Source: an uncultured delta proteobacterium
GTDB lineage: Bacteria > Myxococcota_A > Polyangia > Polyangiales > Houyiibacteriaceae
DNA: 64,000 bases
Direction: 5' to 3'
NCBI GenBank assembly: GCA_963699755.1
Contig: CAVOVB010000003.1
Span: 64,001 to 128,000, forward strand
The position numbers and the translations under genes are program-made. Below the pieces are notes generated by a model. That model saw only the letters and a program-made list of their open reading frames with translations. It made no database searches and had not been told where the DNA came from. Shown here piece after piece: positions 9,918 to 18,540 of this stretch (the stretch's first letter is position 1; each line of letters opens with the position of its first letter).

Positions 9918-11414
9918 GTGCGTTGCTTAGTTGGATTTGGATGCATCGCGTCGTTCGGCGTCCTCTTGGTGGCGGGCTGTGGAGATGGCGGGAACAGTCC
10001 TGAAATCGAGTGCATGGAAAACGTGTGCCCGTGCAACGAGGGTGGCATTCGAGCGGCCGTAGCGGAGGGACTCGGACCTTACACCTTCGAGTGCGACGGT
10101 CCTACCGCAGTCCTCACCAGCCGCGAGATTGTGATCGATAAAGATCTCACCTTGGACGGCGAGGGCAATCTGACGGTGGACGCGAACCGCAGACACCGCG
10201 TGTTTTCCGTGCTCGACGGCGTAAGGGCTGAGCTCATCGGCGTGACGGTGGCCAACGGCAACGAAACCGACGAGCATGGTGGGGGCATTCGGAATGAAGG
10301 GACGCTGACGCTGACGAACAGCACCGTCTCGGGGAGCACCGCAGGCCGCGAGAGTGGATGCCGTACCGACGACCCGGCATTGCTTTGTTCGGAAGGTGGC
10401 GGCATCTGGAACGCTGGGACGCTGACCCTGATGGACAGCACGGTATCAGGGAATTCAGCACCCTTTGGCGGCGGCATCGCGAACCGCCGGGGTAGCCTGA
10501 CGGTGATCGACAGCAACATCTTCGGGAACTCTGCGGACGGATGCCGGGGCGCCGCTGCGGTTCTGTGTAGTGGCGGCGGCGGAATATGGAACTCCGCGAC
10601 GCTGACGATGCTCAACAGCACCGTGTCGGGAAGTACCGCGAACTGGGGCGCCGGCATCTACAATCGCGGGGTATGCACACAGACCAACTGCACCACCTCC
10701 GAAAATTCCGCCGGCTTCGACGGCGGCGGCCTCCTCAACTTCGGGACTCTGAGGCTGATCGATACCACGGTGGCCGACAACATGGCCGGCCAGAGCGGCG
10801 GTGGCATCGCCAACGAAGCCGGCATGCTCGAGGCGGCGAGCAGCACGCTGTCGAACAACACTGCGGCATCGGCGGGCGGAGGAATCTACAACCCGGGGGG
10901 TGCGGCAGCCGAGCTGGCCAACACCACCCTTTCGACCAACGCTGCAAACACGTGGGGCGGCGGCATGTACACCGGCGGTGAGTTGCTGTTGGTGAGCGGC
11001 ACCATTGCCGGGAACGACGCACCGACCGGAAGCGCGATCTACGACCCGGGCTCGCCCGGGGCCGGACTACGATCGATCGCAAATACGTTGATCGAGGGTG
11101 ACTGCGGGGGATCGCCCTTCGATTCCGCCGGCTACAACATCGAAAGTCCCGGTAACACGTGCGGTTTCAACCAGGAATCCGATCTGCCTGCGGAACCTCA
11201 GCTGAACCTAGGTCCTCTCGAGGACAACGGCGGATCCACCAAGACCCATGCGCTCGGGCTCCTGCCCACTCCGAGTCTCGCCATCGATCGGGTTCCCGCG
11301 GTGGATTGCATCGACGGAACAGGCGAACCGCTGACGGCAGACCAGCGCGGCGAGCCGCGTCCGGCGGGTACGAGCTCTAGCTGCGACGTGGGCGCATTCG
11401 AAGTGCAGCCCTAA
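9918..11414 (+). CDS. Beta-helix (GGGI.N repeat) lipoprotein with choice-of-anchor Q-like C-terminus
   Basis: Lipobox VAGC; repeated GGGI.N.GTLTL..STVSGN; LGPLEDNGGSTKTHAL...AID...DQRG...CDVGAFE. Confidence 0.8.
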   Translation: MRCLVGFGCIASFGVLLVAGCGDGGNSPEIECMENVCPCNEGGIRAAVAEGLGPYTFECDGPTAVLTSREIVIDKDLTLDGEGNLTVDANRRHRVFSVLDGVRAELIGVTVANGNETDEHGGGIRNEGTLTLTNSTVSGSTAGRESGCRTDDPALLCSEGGGIWNAGTLTLMDSTVSGNSAPFGGGIANRRGSLTVIDSNIFGNSADGCRGAAAVLCSGGGGIWNSATLTMLNSTVSGSTANWGAGIYNRGVCTQTNCTTSENSAGFDGGGLLNFGTLRLIDTTVADNMAGQSGGGIANEAGMLEAASSTLSNNTAASAGGGIYNPGGAAAELANTTLSTNAANTWGGGMYTGGELLLVSGTIAGNDAPTGSAIYDPGSPGAGLRSIANTLIEGDCGGSPFDSAGYNIESPGNTCGFNQESDLPAEPQLNLGPLEDNGGSTKTHALGLLPTPSLAIDRVPAVDCIDGTGEPLTADQRGEPRPAGTSSSCDVGAFEVQP

Positions 11415-11465
11415 ACCTGCTCGCTCGGCCGCAGAACCAGCTCATTCCTCTCTTCGTGGGCACGC

Positions 11466-11515
11466 TTGACACGTCAAGCCCGCTTTTGATACTTAGTTCG
11501 GCGGTCAAACAAACT
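11466..11515 (+). promoter_or_regulatory. sigma70-like promoter overlapping ROK operator copy 4
   Basis: TTGACA-N16-GATACT overlapping ACTTAGTTCG-gcggt-CAAACAAACT (11491-11515). Confidence 0.65.
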
Positions 11516-11556
11516 CACCTACCCGTTGTTCAGACGGTGTTTGCGCTGGAGATCCC

Positions 11557-12936
11557 ATGGCGGTTGAAGCCTTTCCCAACGACTTTGTTTGGGGTGTCGC
11601 CACTTCCGCCTTTCAAATCGAAGGCGCCCACGATATCGATGGCAGAGGGCCATCGATCTGGGACACCTATGCGGCGCAACCTGGGTTCATCGAAGACGGC
11701 AGCAACGCCCACGTGGCGTGCGACCACTACCACCGTTACGCCGAGGACATCGCGCTGATGGCGTCCCTCGGCGTGGGCGCCTACCGCTTCAGCGTTGCCT
11801 GGCCGCGGATTGTGCCTGCTGGCCGCGGGGCCGTGAACGTCCCGGGTCTGGATTTCTACGACCGCCTGGTCGATGGCCTTTTGGCGGCAGGCATCGCGCC
11901 CTGTGCCACGCTCTACCACTGGGACCTCCCGCAGGTGCTGGAAAATGAGGGTGGCTGGACCAATCGATCCACAGTTGACGCATTTGTCGAGTTCGCCGAC
12001 GCCGTCACCAAGCGTCTTGGCGATCGCGTGGCGCGCTGGATCACGCACAACGAACCGTGGTGTGTGAGCGTGCTCGGATATGCCCAAGGTGCGCATGCTC
12101 CTGGAAAGAGAAGCTGGCCTGATGCCCTGGTTGCATCGCACCATTTGCTGCTGAGCCATGGGCGGGCTGTGCCCGTGATTCGCCACAACGCGCCTCGAGC
12201 CAAACTGGGCATTACCCTCAACGTGTCCGAGTGCGAGCCCGCGTCGCCGAGCGAGGCCGACCAGAGCGCGGCTCGGCAGTTCGACGGCGAGCTGATCCGT
12301 TGGTTCCTCGATCCGATCTACCTGGGCCGCTATCCGAACGATGTGATCGAGTACCACGAGCGCGAAGGCCGGCTGCCCCGCGGCATGGACTTCGCGCGGC
12401 CTGGTGACCTCGATGAAATCCACATCCCCATCGACTTCTTGGGCGTCAACTATTACAGTCGCGCCGTCGTGCGCAGCGGAAAGATTCCCGAGGCAAACAA
12501 CGAACCGAGAACCATTCCGGTTCCTGACCCTGCCGAGCTGACCGACATGGGCTGGGAGGTCTATCCCGAGGGGCTGACCCAAACCCTGGTACGATTGAAC
12601 GCCGACTACGAGCCCGGCTCATTGGTCGTCACCGAGAATGGCGCCGCGTACGCCACCGGGCCAGGGCCGGACGGGTCCGTGCAGGACATTCGGCGCTGCG
12701 AGTACGTCAAGAGTCACTTGCAGGCCTGTCTTGCGGCGATCGATGCGGGCGTTCCCCTGCACGGCTATTTCCTGTGGTCGCTGCTCGACAACTTCGAGTG
12801 GGCCTTTGGGCTTTCGAAACGCTTTGGAATCGTCTGGGTCGATTTCGAAACCCAAGAACGGATCATCAAGGCGTCAGGGCAGATGTACAGCCGCATCGTC
12901 CGCGCCAATGAGATCGCGGGGGAGCAGGCGGCGTGA
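11557..12936 (+). CDS. GH1 beta-glucosidase
   Basis: FVWGVATSAFQIEG, YRFSVAWPR, TLYHWDLP, HNEP (acid/base), VTENG (nucleophile), WSLLDNFEW. Confidence 0.95.
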   Translation: MAVEAFPNDFVWGVATSAFQIEGAHDIDGRGPSIWDTYAAQPGFIEDGSNAHVACDHYHRYAEDIALMASLGVGAYRFSVAWPRIVPAGRGAVNVPGLDFYDRLVDGLLAAGIAPCATLYHWDLPQVLENEGGWTNRSTVDAFVEFADAVTKRLGDRVARWITHNEPWCVSVLGYAQGAHAPGKRSWPDALVASHHLLLSHGRAVPVIRHNAPRAKLGITLNVSECEPASPSEADQSAARQFDGELIRWFLDPIYLGRYPNDVIEYHEREGRLPRGMDFARPGDLDEIHIPIDFLGVNYYSRAVVRSGKIPEANNEPRTIPVPDPAELTDMGWEVYPEGLTQTLVRLNADYEPGSLVVTENGAAYATGPGPDGSVQDIRRCEYVKSHLQACLAAIDAGVPLHGYFLWSLLDNFEWAFGLSKRFGIVWVDFETQERIIKASGQMYSRIVRANEIAGEQAA

Positions 12937-15900
12937 GAGTCGCAATCGCATTGGTTTTCGTTTTGTGGTCCGCGGTTGCCGCCGCACAGCAGTACGAAGA
13001 GGAAACGGTGGTGCCGACCCCATCGGGCGGCCCCTCGGCGCCAGGCATGGCCCCCCCGCCCGGGGCGCCCCCACCGCGCGGGTCACCGACACGGCCGTCC
13101 GACGACTTCGCACCGCCACCTGCATCCCAACGGCCAGAGGCGCCCCCACCGGGCATGGCGCCAAGCACCCGCAAGACCGCCGGTGCCAACGTCGTCCGGG
13201 TTCACAAAGACGAACGTGGATACCAGCTTCTCGTCGACGGCAAGCCCACGATGGTGTTCGGGATGAACTGGGGATACATGCCGATCGGACAGAACTACAC
13301 CTATGACTTCTGGGGCAAGCCCGACGAGGTGATCATCAAAGCGCTCGATGCCGAGATGAGGTGGCTGAAGGACATGCACGTCAATGTCATTCGGCAGTAC
13401 GCCGGCGGGATGGACGGCGGCCCCCCGCCTCGCTGGATCAAGTACATCTACGAGAAGTACGGCATCTACACGGTTCTCAACCATTCGATTGGTCGCTACG
13501 GCATGGCGATCGACGGTGTGTGGGTGAGCCCGGTCGACTATTCCGACGAGCGCTTCCGTTCCTTGATGAAGGAACAAATCACCGAGCTGGTCGAGGGGTA
13601 CAAAGACACGCCCGGCCTGTTGATGTGGCTCCTCGGCAACGAGAACAACTACGGGCTCTACTGGAAGTCGACCGAGATCGAAGACCTGCCCGAGGCCAAG
13701 CAGGGGGATGCGCGCGCCAGCTTCTTGTACTCGTTGTTCGGGGAGGTCACCGATCTCATTCACTCCCTCGACCAGAACCACCCGGTATCGATTGCAAACG
13801 GCGACCTTGGATTTCTCGACGTGATCAAGCAGGAATGCCCGAACATCGACGTCTTGGGCAGCAACGTGTACCGCGGCATGTCTTCCGGAGACATCTTCGA
13901 GCGCGTGGACAAAGAGCTCGGCCGGCCGTTCATGTACACCGAGTTTGGCTCCGATGCGTTCAATGCAAAGACCGGGCGGGAAGATCAGGTTGCCCAAGCG
14001 CAGTATCTGAGGTCCCTCTGGCAGGAGATCTACGAGCAGAGTTACGGCAAGGGCAGGGTGGGGAACGCCATCGGCGGCATGATCTTCCAATGGAGTGACG
14101 GCTGGTGGAAGTACCAGCAGGAGATCAACCTCGACAAGCACGACACCACCGCGTCCTGGTCGAACCAGGCGTACCTGTCCGACTGGGTCGAGGGCCAAAA
14201 CAACATGAACGAGGAGTGGTTCGGGATCGCGGCGAAGGGGAAACCCAATGTCGATGGGATCTACCCGGTCTATCCGCGAGCCGCGTACTACTTGCTGCAG
14301 GACGCCTTTACGCTCGATCCCTACGCTTCGGACACCAGCATCGAGAAGATCCGGCAGCACTTCGGCAGGCTCGGGCCAAGATCGTATGACGACACGGAGT
14401 CGAGGCTGATGGAGCTCGGCTGGGCGCGCGTCAGCAGACTGCGAATCGACTTCGACACTTTCACTACCGGCGGCCGCCAACTGAATCAACCGTTGAGGAA
14501 TGAGACGCGCTTCGACCATACGGAATCGTTTTATTTTGGCGTCGAGGTGAAGCCGTTTGCCGGGGTGAGGGCGGAAGTCGTCGTCAACGGGCTGGGGAAC
14601 GTGGCCCTAAATCCAATCAACGAGATCTTCTACGAAAACCGCGGCATTCCAGTTGGAATCGTAGATGTGGAAGGTGAGGTTCGAGACCTCTCCGGATTCA
14701 ACCGCTTTCAGGTCTATGAAGCCTCCTTCGACTGGGACAACAAGTACTTCTTGCTCGAGAGCTTCTTTCGCGGCGAGGGGCACTACCACTGGGGCTACGA
14801 GGGAGACTTTTTCGGTCTCTACCCAGAAGTCCACCAGCAGTACGATATCGACATTTACAACGCGAACGCCCCACTGGGCTTCGTGTTCTCCGGGAAGGAC
14901 AAAGTCGACGGCCTCAAAGTCGCGTATGGACCCCAGCTCTGGTGGGGCGCCAACCCAACGGTCATGGCCAAGTACTACCGGATCTTTGGGGACTTCAAAT
15001 TCGCGGTGATGCACCAGGAAGACATCGCCCAACAGGCGACGGGGATTGCGAGCTCGGTGATTCCGCAGCCGAAAAGCCGAAAGAGCACGTTGTACTTCGG
15101 CTACGCGAGTCGTCGGGTCACGCTGGAGCTCGGAGGCATCACATCGCGTTCGAACTTCATCGGCGACCCCTACCAGACCGCGCGCCAAGCAAGCGGGCCG
15201 ACGTACCTGGATTCGGGCTACTACATCCGCAACAACACGGTGAATTTTGCCGATACCCTCGGCGGCAAGGCGAAGCTCACGCTGAACGCGGCGCCCTTCT
15301 TTTGGTACGTGCAGGGAGGCTACCGGGGACTCGTCAGCGATGCCGGGGCAGACCAGACGATGACCATCACCGGCTGGTCGCTCAAGGAGAGCGGCCAGGG
15401 CAATCATTGGGCGGTGTCATCGGGACTTGGGTACTACGTGGGCAAGTTCATGTTGGGGCCCAATGTCTTGGTTCAAAGGCCCCTCGAAGGCCCGCTTCCC
15501 TTCATCCCCGACCTCTTCGATCCCGAAACGGGCATCTACTATCCCGGGGTCAACGGCAGAAACCAGCTCGACGATCCGTTCTGGGTTCGCTCCAACCGGG
15601 AGACGTACGGTTTCGAGCTGCTGTTCGGCTATGACCCGACGCCGGCGACACCCCTGTGGGCGTGGGACAACCTGGAGCGCGAAGACGCCCGCTTCAGCGC
15701 GGCGCTCGACTTCGTGTACAAGATTTTGCCCACGGCCCAAGACTCCGCCGTGGCCATCAACCAAGATCTCATTTTGTTCGCGTTCCAGACCAGCGCGCCG
15801 GCCAGAAACCTTTGGGATGTGAGCCTCCGAACCGTCACCAACTTCACCTACAAGATGCGTTTGGTGAACTGGATCTATGTCGGACAGGGTCAAGCGAACG

Positions 15901-16238
15901 GCGACAGCGCCCGCACCGTGACACGGTTTGGCACCTATGGTTGGTATACGTACGGCACGTTCAACATCAACTATCATCTCAAGTTCAACGATTGGGGGCC
16001 CTACGACTACTACAAGGACTTCAACCTGACGTTCCCGCTGCAAGCCATGCTCGACCTGTCCTACGCGTTGGAACCGCCCGGAATGTATGCGCCGGCGTCG
16101 ACGAGATTCGGAGTGCGCGGGCAGTTCCGGAGTTCCGACCGATTCTCCGGTCGTTACCTGTTTGTTCCCGATGCTGAAGATCCCGGCCGCAAGGGTCGCG
16201 AATGGGAGATCAAAACCTATGTTCAGTTCGTATATTAA
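12933..16238 (+). CDS. Secreted GH-A TIM-barrel hydrolase (GH2-TIM/GH158-like) fused to a probable outer-membrane beta-barrel
   Basis: Signal peptide, Pro-rich linker, LGNENNY and YTEFGSD motifs; C-terminal ~630 aa of aromatic-rich amphipathic strands ending EIKTYVQFVY. Confidence 0.7.
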   Translation: MRVAIALVFVLWSAVAAAQQYEEETVVPTPSGGPSAPGMAPPPGAPPPRGSPTRPSDDFAPPPASQRPEAPPPGMAPSTRKTAGANVVRVHKDERGYQLLVDGKPTMVFGMNWGYMPIGQNYTYDFWGKPDEVIIKALDAEMRWLKDMHVNVIRQYAGGMDGGPPPRWIKYIYEKYGIYTVLNHSIGRYGMAIDGVWVSPVDYSDERFRSLMKEQITELVEGYKDTPGLLMWLLGNENNYGLYWKSTEIEDLPEAKQGDARASFLYSLFGEVTDLIHSLDQNHPVSIANGDLGFLDVIKQECPNIDVLGSNVYRGMSSGDIFERVDKELGRPFMYTEFGSDAFNAKTGREDQVAQAQYLRSLWQEIYEQSYGKGRVGNAIGGMIFQWSDGWWKYQQEINLDKHDTTASWSNQAYLSDWVEGQNNMNEEWFGIAAKGKPNVDGIYPVYPRAAYYLLQDAFTLDPYASDTSIEKIRQHFGRLGPRSYDDTESRLMELGWARVSRLRIDFDTFTTGGRQLNQPLRNETRFDHTESFYFGVEVKPFAGVRAEVVVNGLGNVALNPINEIFYENRGIPVGIVDVEGEVRDLSGFNRFQVYEASFDWDNKYFLLESFFRGEGHYHWGYEGDFFGLYPEVHQQYDIDIYNANAPLGFVFSGKDKVDGLKVAYGPQLWWGANPTVMAKYYRIFGDFKFAVMHQEDIAQQATGIASSVIPQPKSRKSTLYFGYASRRVTLELGGITSRSNFIGDPYQTARQASGPTYLDSGYYIRNNTVNFADTLGGKAKLTLNAAPFFWYVQGGYRGLVSDAGADQTMTITGWSLKESGQGNHWAVSSGLGYYVGKFMLGPNVLVQRPLEGPLPFIPDLFDPETGIYYPGVNGRNQLDDPFWVRSNRETYGFELLFGYDPTPATPLWAWDNLEREDARFSAALDFVYKILPTAQDSAVAINQDLILFAFQTSAPARNLWDVSLRTVTNFTYKMRLVNWIYVGQGQANGDSARTVTRFGTYGWYTYGTFNINYHLKFNDWGPYDYYKDFNLTFPLQAMLDLSYALEPPGMYAPASTRFGVRGQFRSSDRFSGRYLFVPDAEDPGRKGREWEIKTYVQFVY

Positions 16239-16824
16239 GCTCTCTTTGCTGGGGCTCGTGCTGGTCACCGCCGCGTGCGGGGATGACCCCGCCTATGAAT
16301 TCGGCATCCCTACAAGTGACATTCAGTTCGAGCTCTTCAATGTGACCGAGGGGATTCACCCCTCCAAGGTCACCCTCAGCAATCCCCGCAATCCGTTCCG
16401 CAGGATAGTCATCAGCGACGACCAGAAGTTCGCCCTTCAGAACAGTGACAGCAGCGCCGCAGCCTTCTATGCCTGGGCCGCCTTGCTGGCCAAGATCCCG
16501 ATCGGCGAAAATCAGTTCTTCGTGGCTGTCAGCCTCCGTGACATTTACGAGTCCGACGAGCTCGCTGAGGAAGACCGAGAGACCGTCCGACAGATGGCCG
16601 TCAACGGGTTTCAGGCGGTGTTGGACTGCTTCCCGGAATCGCTCTTGTTTGACGCCTCGGGAACGTTTGGCCTGAGGTTCGCGACGCTCGCGTATGTGCA
16701 AATCCTAGAGCTCCAGGGGGTGCCTCAGGGCGACTGGACCTTGGTCGAGGACACCAACGGGAATCCCACTGCGGTACGAAGCACGGGGATCGATACGCTG
16801 GATCGAGGCATCCAATGTTTTTGA
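16219..16824 (+). CDS. Uncharacterised lipoprotein
   Basis: MFSSYIKLSLLGLVLVTAAC lipobox; overlaps the upstream gene end. Confidence 0.75.
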   Translation: MFSSYIKLSLLGLVLVTAACGDDPAYEFGIPTSDIQFELFNVTEGIHPSKVTLSNPRNPFRRIVISDDQKFALQNSDSSAAAFYAWAALLAKIPIGENQFFVAVSLRDIYESDELAEEDRETVRQMAVNGFQAVLDCFPESLLFDASGTFGLRFATLAYVQILELQGVPQGDWTLVEDTNGNPTAVRSTGIDTLDRGIQCF

Positions 16825-17600
16825 AATACCCATGCCTCGTTTGGGCCGTTGGGCTCTTTTTCGTCAGCCTCGTCGGCGGCTGCGCGGCCGATCCGGGAAC
16901 GCCGGACTACTCGAGTCAGGTTGGTATTCGAGAGCGGGTCGCTGGAGTAGCCGTTGACCCCTTTCCGCCCATCGCGCCCGACCCGTACCAGCCTGGCGAT
17001 GAACGGCTGTCGGTCGGCTATTTCTACGAAGGTGGCCGCTCGGAAACGATTCCGATCAACACCGTGACCACCAATTACTTCATCTTCGTCATTGACGAGA
17101 ATACGCCGGTCCAGACGCTGACGTACTCTCAGGACCCATCGATCGACAGGCTCGAAGGACTGGAGTCCACCAAGATTACGCTCAACGACCAATCGTTTTG
17201 GGGTGGCGGCATCATCTGGACGCAGCCCATCGACCTGTCAGACTGGACGACGATGTACGTCGGTTTCAAGTCGAGCGACGACTCGTTCGCACGGTTCAAC
17301 ATCACGCTTCAGTGGCAGGACGGCAGGCCACCGAATGTGCCTCCCCCGGACCCGGCGCGATCGCTCAACCTCGATCCGACGGCGTACGGTTACACCAATG
17401 ACGGGGAATGGCATTTCCTGCGGATCCCGCTTCAAGATGCCATCGATCGTGGTTTTGACCCGAGTAACACCCGCTCGCCCTTCATCATCGGGGGGGGACT
17501 CGTAACCCCGGAGACGTACTGCTGGTCGACAACTTGTATTTCACGAAGGAATGAGGGCGCATGGCGTTGCATCAGGCGCCCTCTGACTTCATGGGTTTGA
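16815..17600 (+). CDS. Lipoprotein with CBM-like beta-sandwich; probable frameshift at G8 (17490-17497), likely true stop at 17554
   Basis: Lipobox VGGC; WGGG..W...DLSDW, YGYTNDGEWHFLRIPL; shifted frame gives TRNPGDVLLVDNLYFTKE-stop. Confidence 0.7.
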   Translation: MFLKYPCLVWAVGLFFVSLVGGCAADPGTPDYSSQVGIRERVAGVAVDPFPPIAPDPYQPGDERLSVGYFYEGGRSETIPINTVTTNYFIFVIDENTPVQTLTYSQDPSIDRLEGLESTKITLNDQSFWGGGIIWTQPIDLSDWTTMYVGFKSSDDSFARFNITLQWQDGRPPNVPPPDPARSLNLDPTAYGYTNDGEWHFLRIPLQDAIDRGFDPSNTRSPFIIGGGLVTPETYCWSTTCISRRNEGAWRCIRRPLTSWV

Positions 17601-17653
17601 AGAGCTCGGGTAAGTGTCATGTTTCGCATAGCGAAACGAGGTAGGAGACGAGG

Positions 17654-18469
17654 ATGAAAAGAACGACATTGATTACGATTCTGTTTGCGGCGCTCGCCGT
17701 CTATGGCTGCTCCGAAGATGAGGGGGGTGGTGCGGCCGGTTCAGGCGGCAGTGGAGGCACAGCCGGTAGCGGAGGTTCAACCGGCAGCGGAGGCATGGCC
17801 GGTGGCGGGGGCACGGGCGGTACCGGGGCATGCGACAGCACAGCCAATGCCTTCATCAAAATTATTGATGGGACCGGTAACCTGACAGCTTCCGCTTCAA
17901 CGGACACGACCGACGCCACGGAAACCTGGGCCCGCGGCACAGTCGAGTTGCTGATCGACGCAGGACTCGCAGGACAGACCGTACAGTTCGGCTTCACTAC
18001 GACGGCCTCGAACTTTGAAGATTCAGGCGTCTTCTACGACAACGTCGAGGTCAACCCAAATACGCAGTACACGTCGAACTTCGAGGATCCCCCGTACGAT
18101 CAGACAGACCCTGACGCATTGGGCGATGACCCGTCAGCTACATGGGGAGACGGATGGGTCATTTACGCCAACGTGTATGAACCGGATGGGACGACCTTCC
18201 TTTACGGCTACAACATCCCCTTGGACCCCGCACCGAACGGCCAGATCCAAGGCTATTCCGCTATTGTGGCGGGGGAAGGCGGTCTCGAGCAGGGCGCCCA
18301 GCAGCTATCGATCTTTAGCGACTACAACAACGTCGCCGAACAGCAAGCAGGGAACCGAATCGAGTCCAATGTCTTCCGCGAACGCACGCTTACAGCGGAA
18401 GATGAGGGCACAACGATCACCTTCGGCTTCGACTTCAAACGCGGCAACATCAACGCAGGCTGCCCCTAG
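17654..18469 (+). CDS. Lipoprotein carrying a circularly permuted copy of the domain found in the two large lipoproteins
   Basis: AGGAG upstream; lipobox VYGC; Gly/Ser linker; blocks AFIK..SGVFYDN then PDGTTFLY..GAQQLSI..KRGNI. Confidence 0.85.
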   Translation: MKRTTLITILFAALAVYGCSEDEGGGAAGSGGSGGTAGSGGSTGSGGMAGGGGTGGTGACDSTANAFIKIIDGTGNLTASASTDTTDATETWARGTVELLIDAGLAGQTVQFGFTTTASNFEDSGVFYDNVEVNPNTQYTSNFEDPPYDQTDPDALGDDPSATWGDGWVIYANVYEPDGTTFLYGYNIPLDPAPNGQIQGYSAIVAGEGGLEQGAQQLSIFSDYNNVAEQQAGNRIESNVFRERTLTAEDEGTTITFGFDFKRGNINAGCP

Positions 18470-18540
18470 GCGGTCTCCTGGTCATGGGCTGGCCGGCGGT
18501 TCGTTGAGCCGCCGGCCCCCGTGCCGTCATTCACGGGAAC

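Noticed and set aside
13083..14519. Long antisense ORFs (also 11530-12582, 37236-38486, 53018-54373, 62566-63930)
   Set aside because: Shadow frames of well-supported genes in GC-rich DNA, with no motifs.
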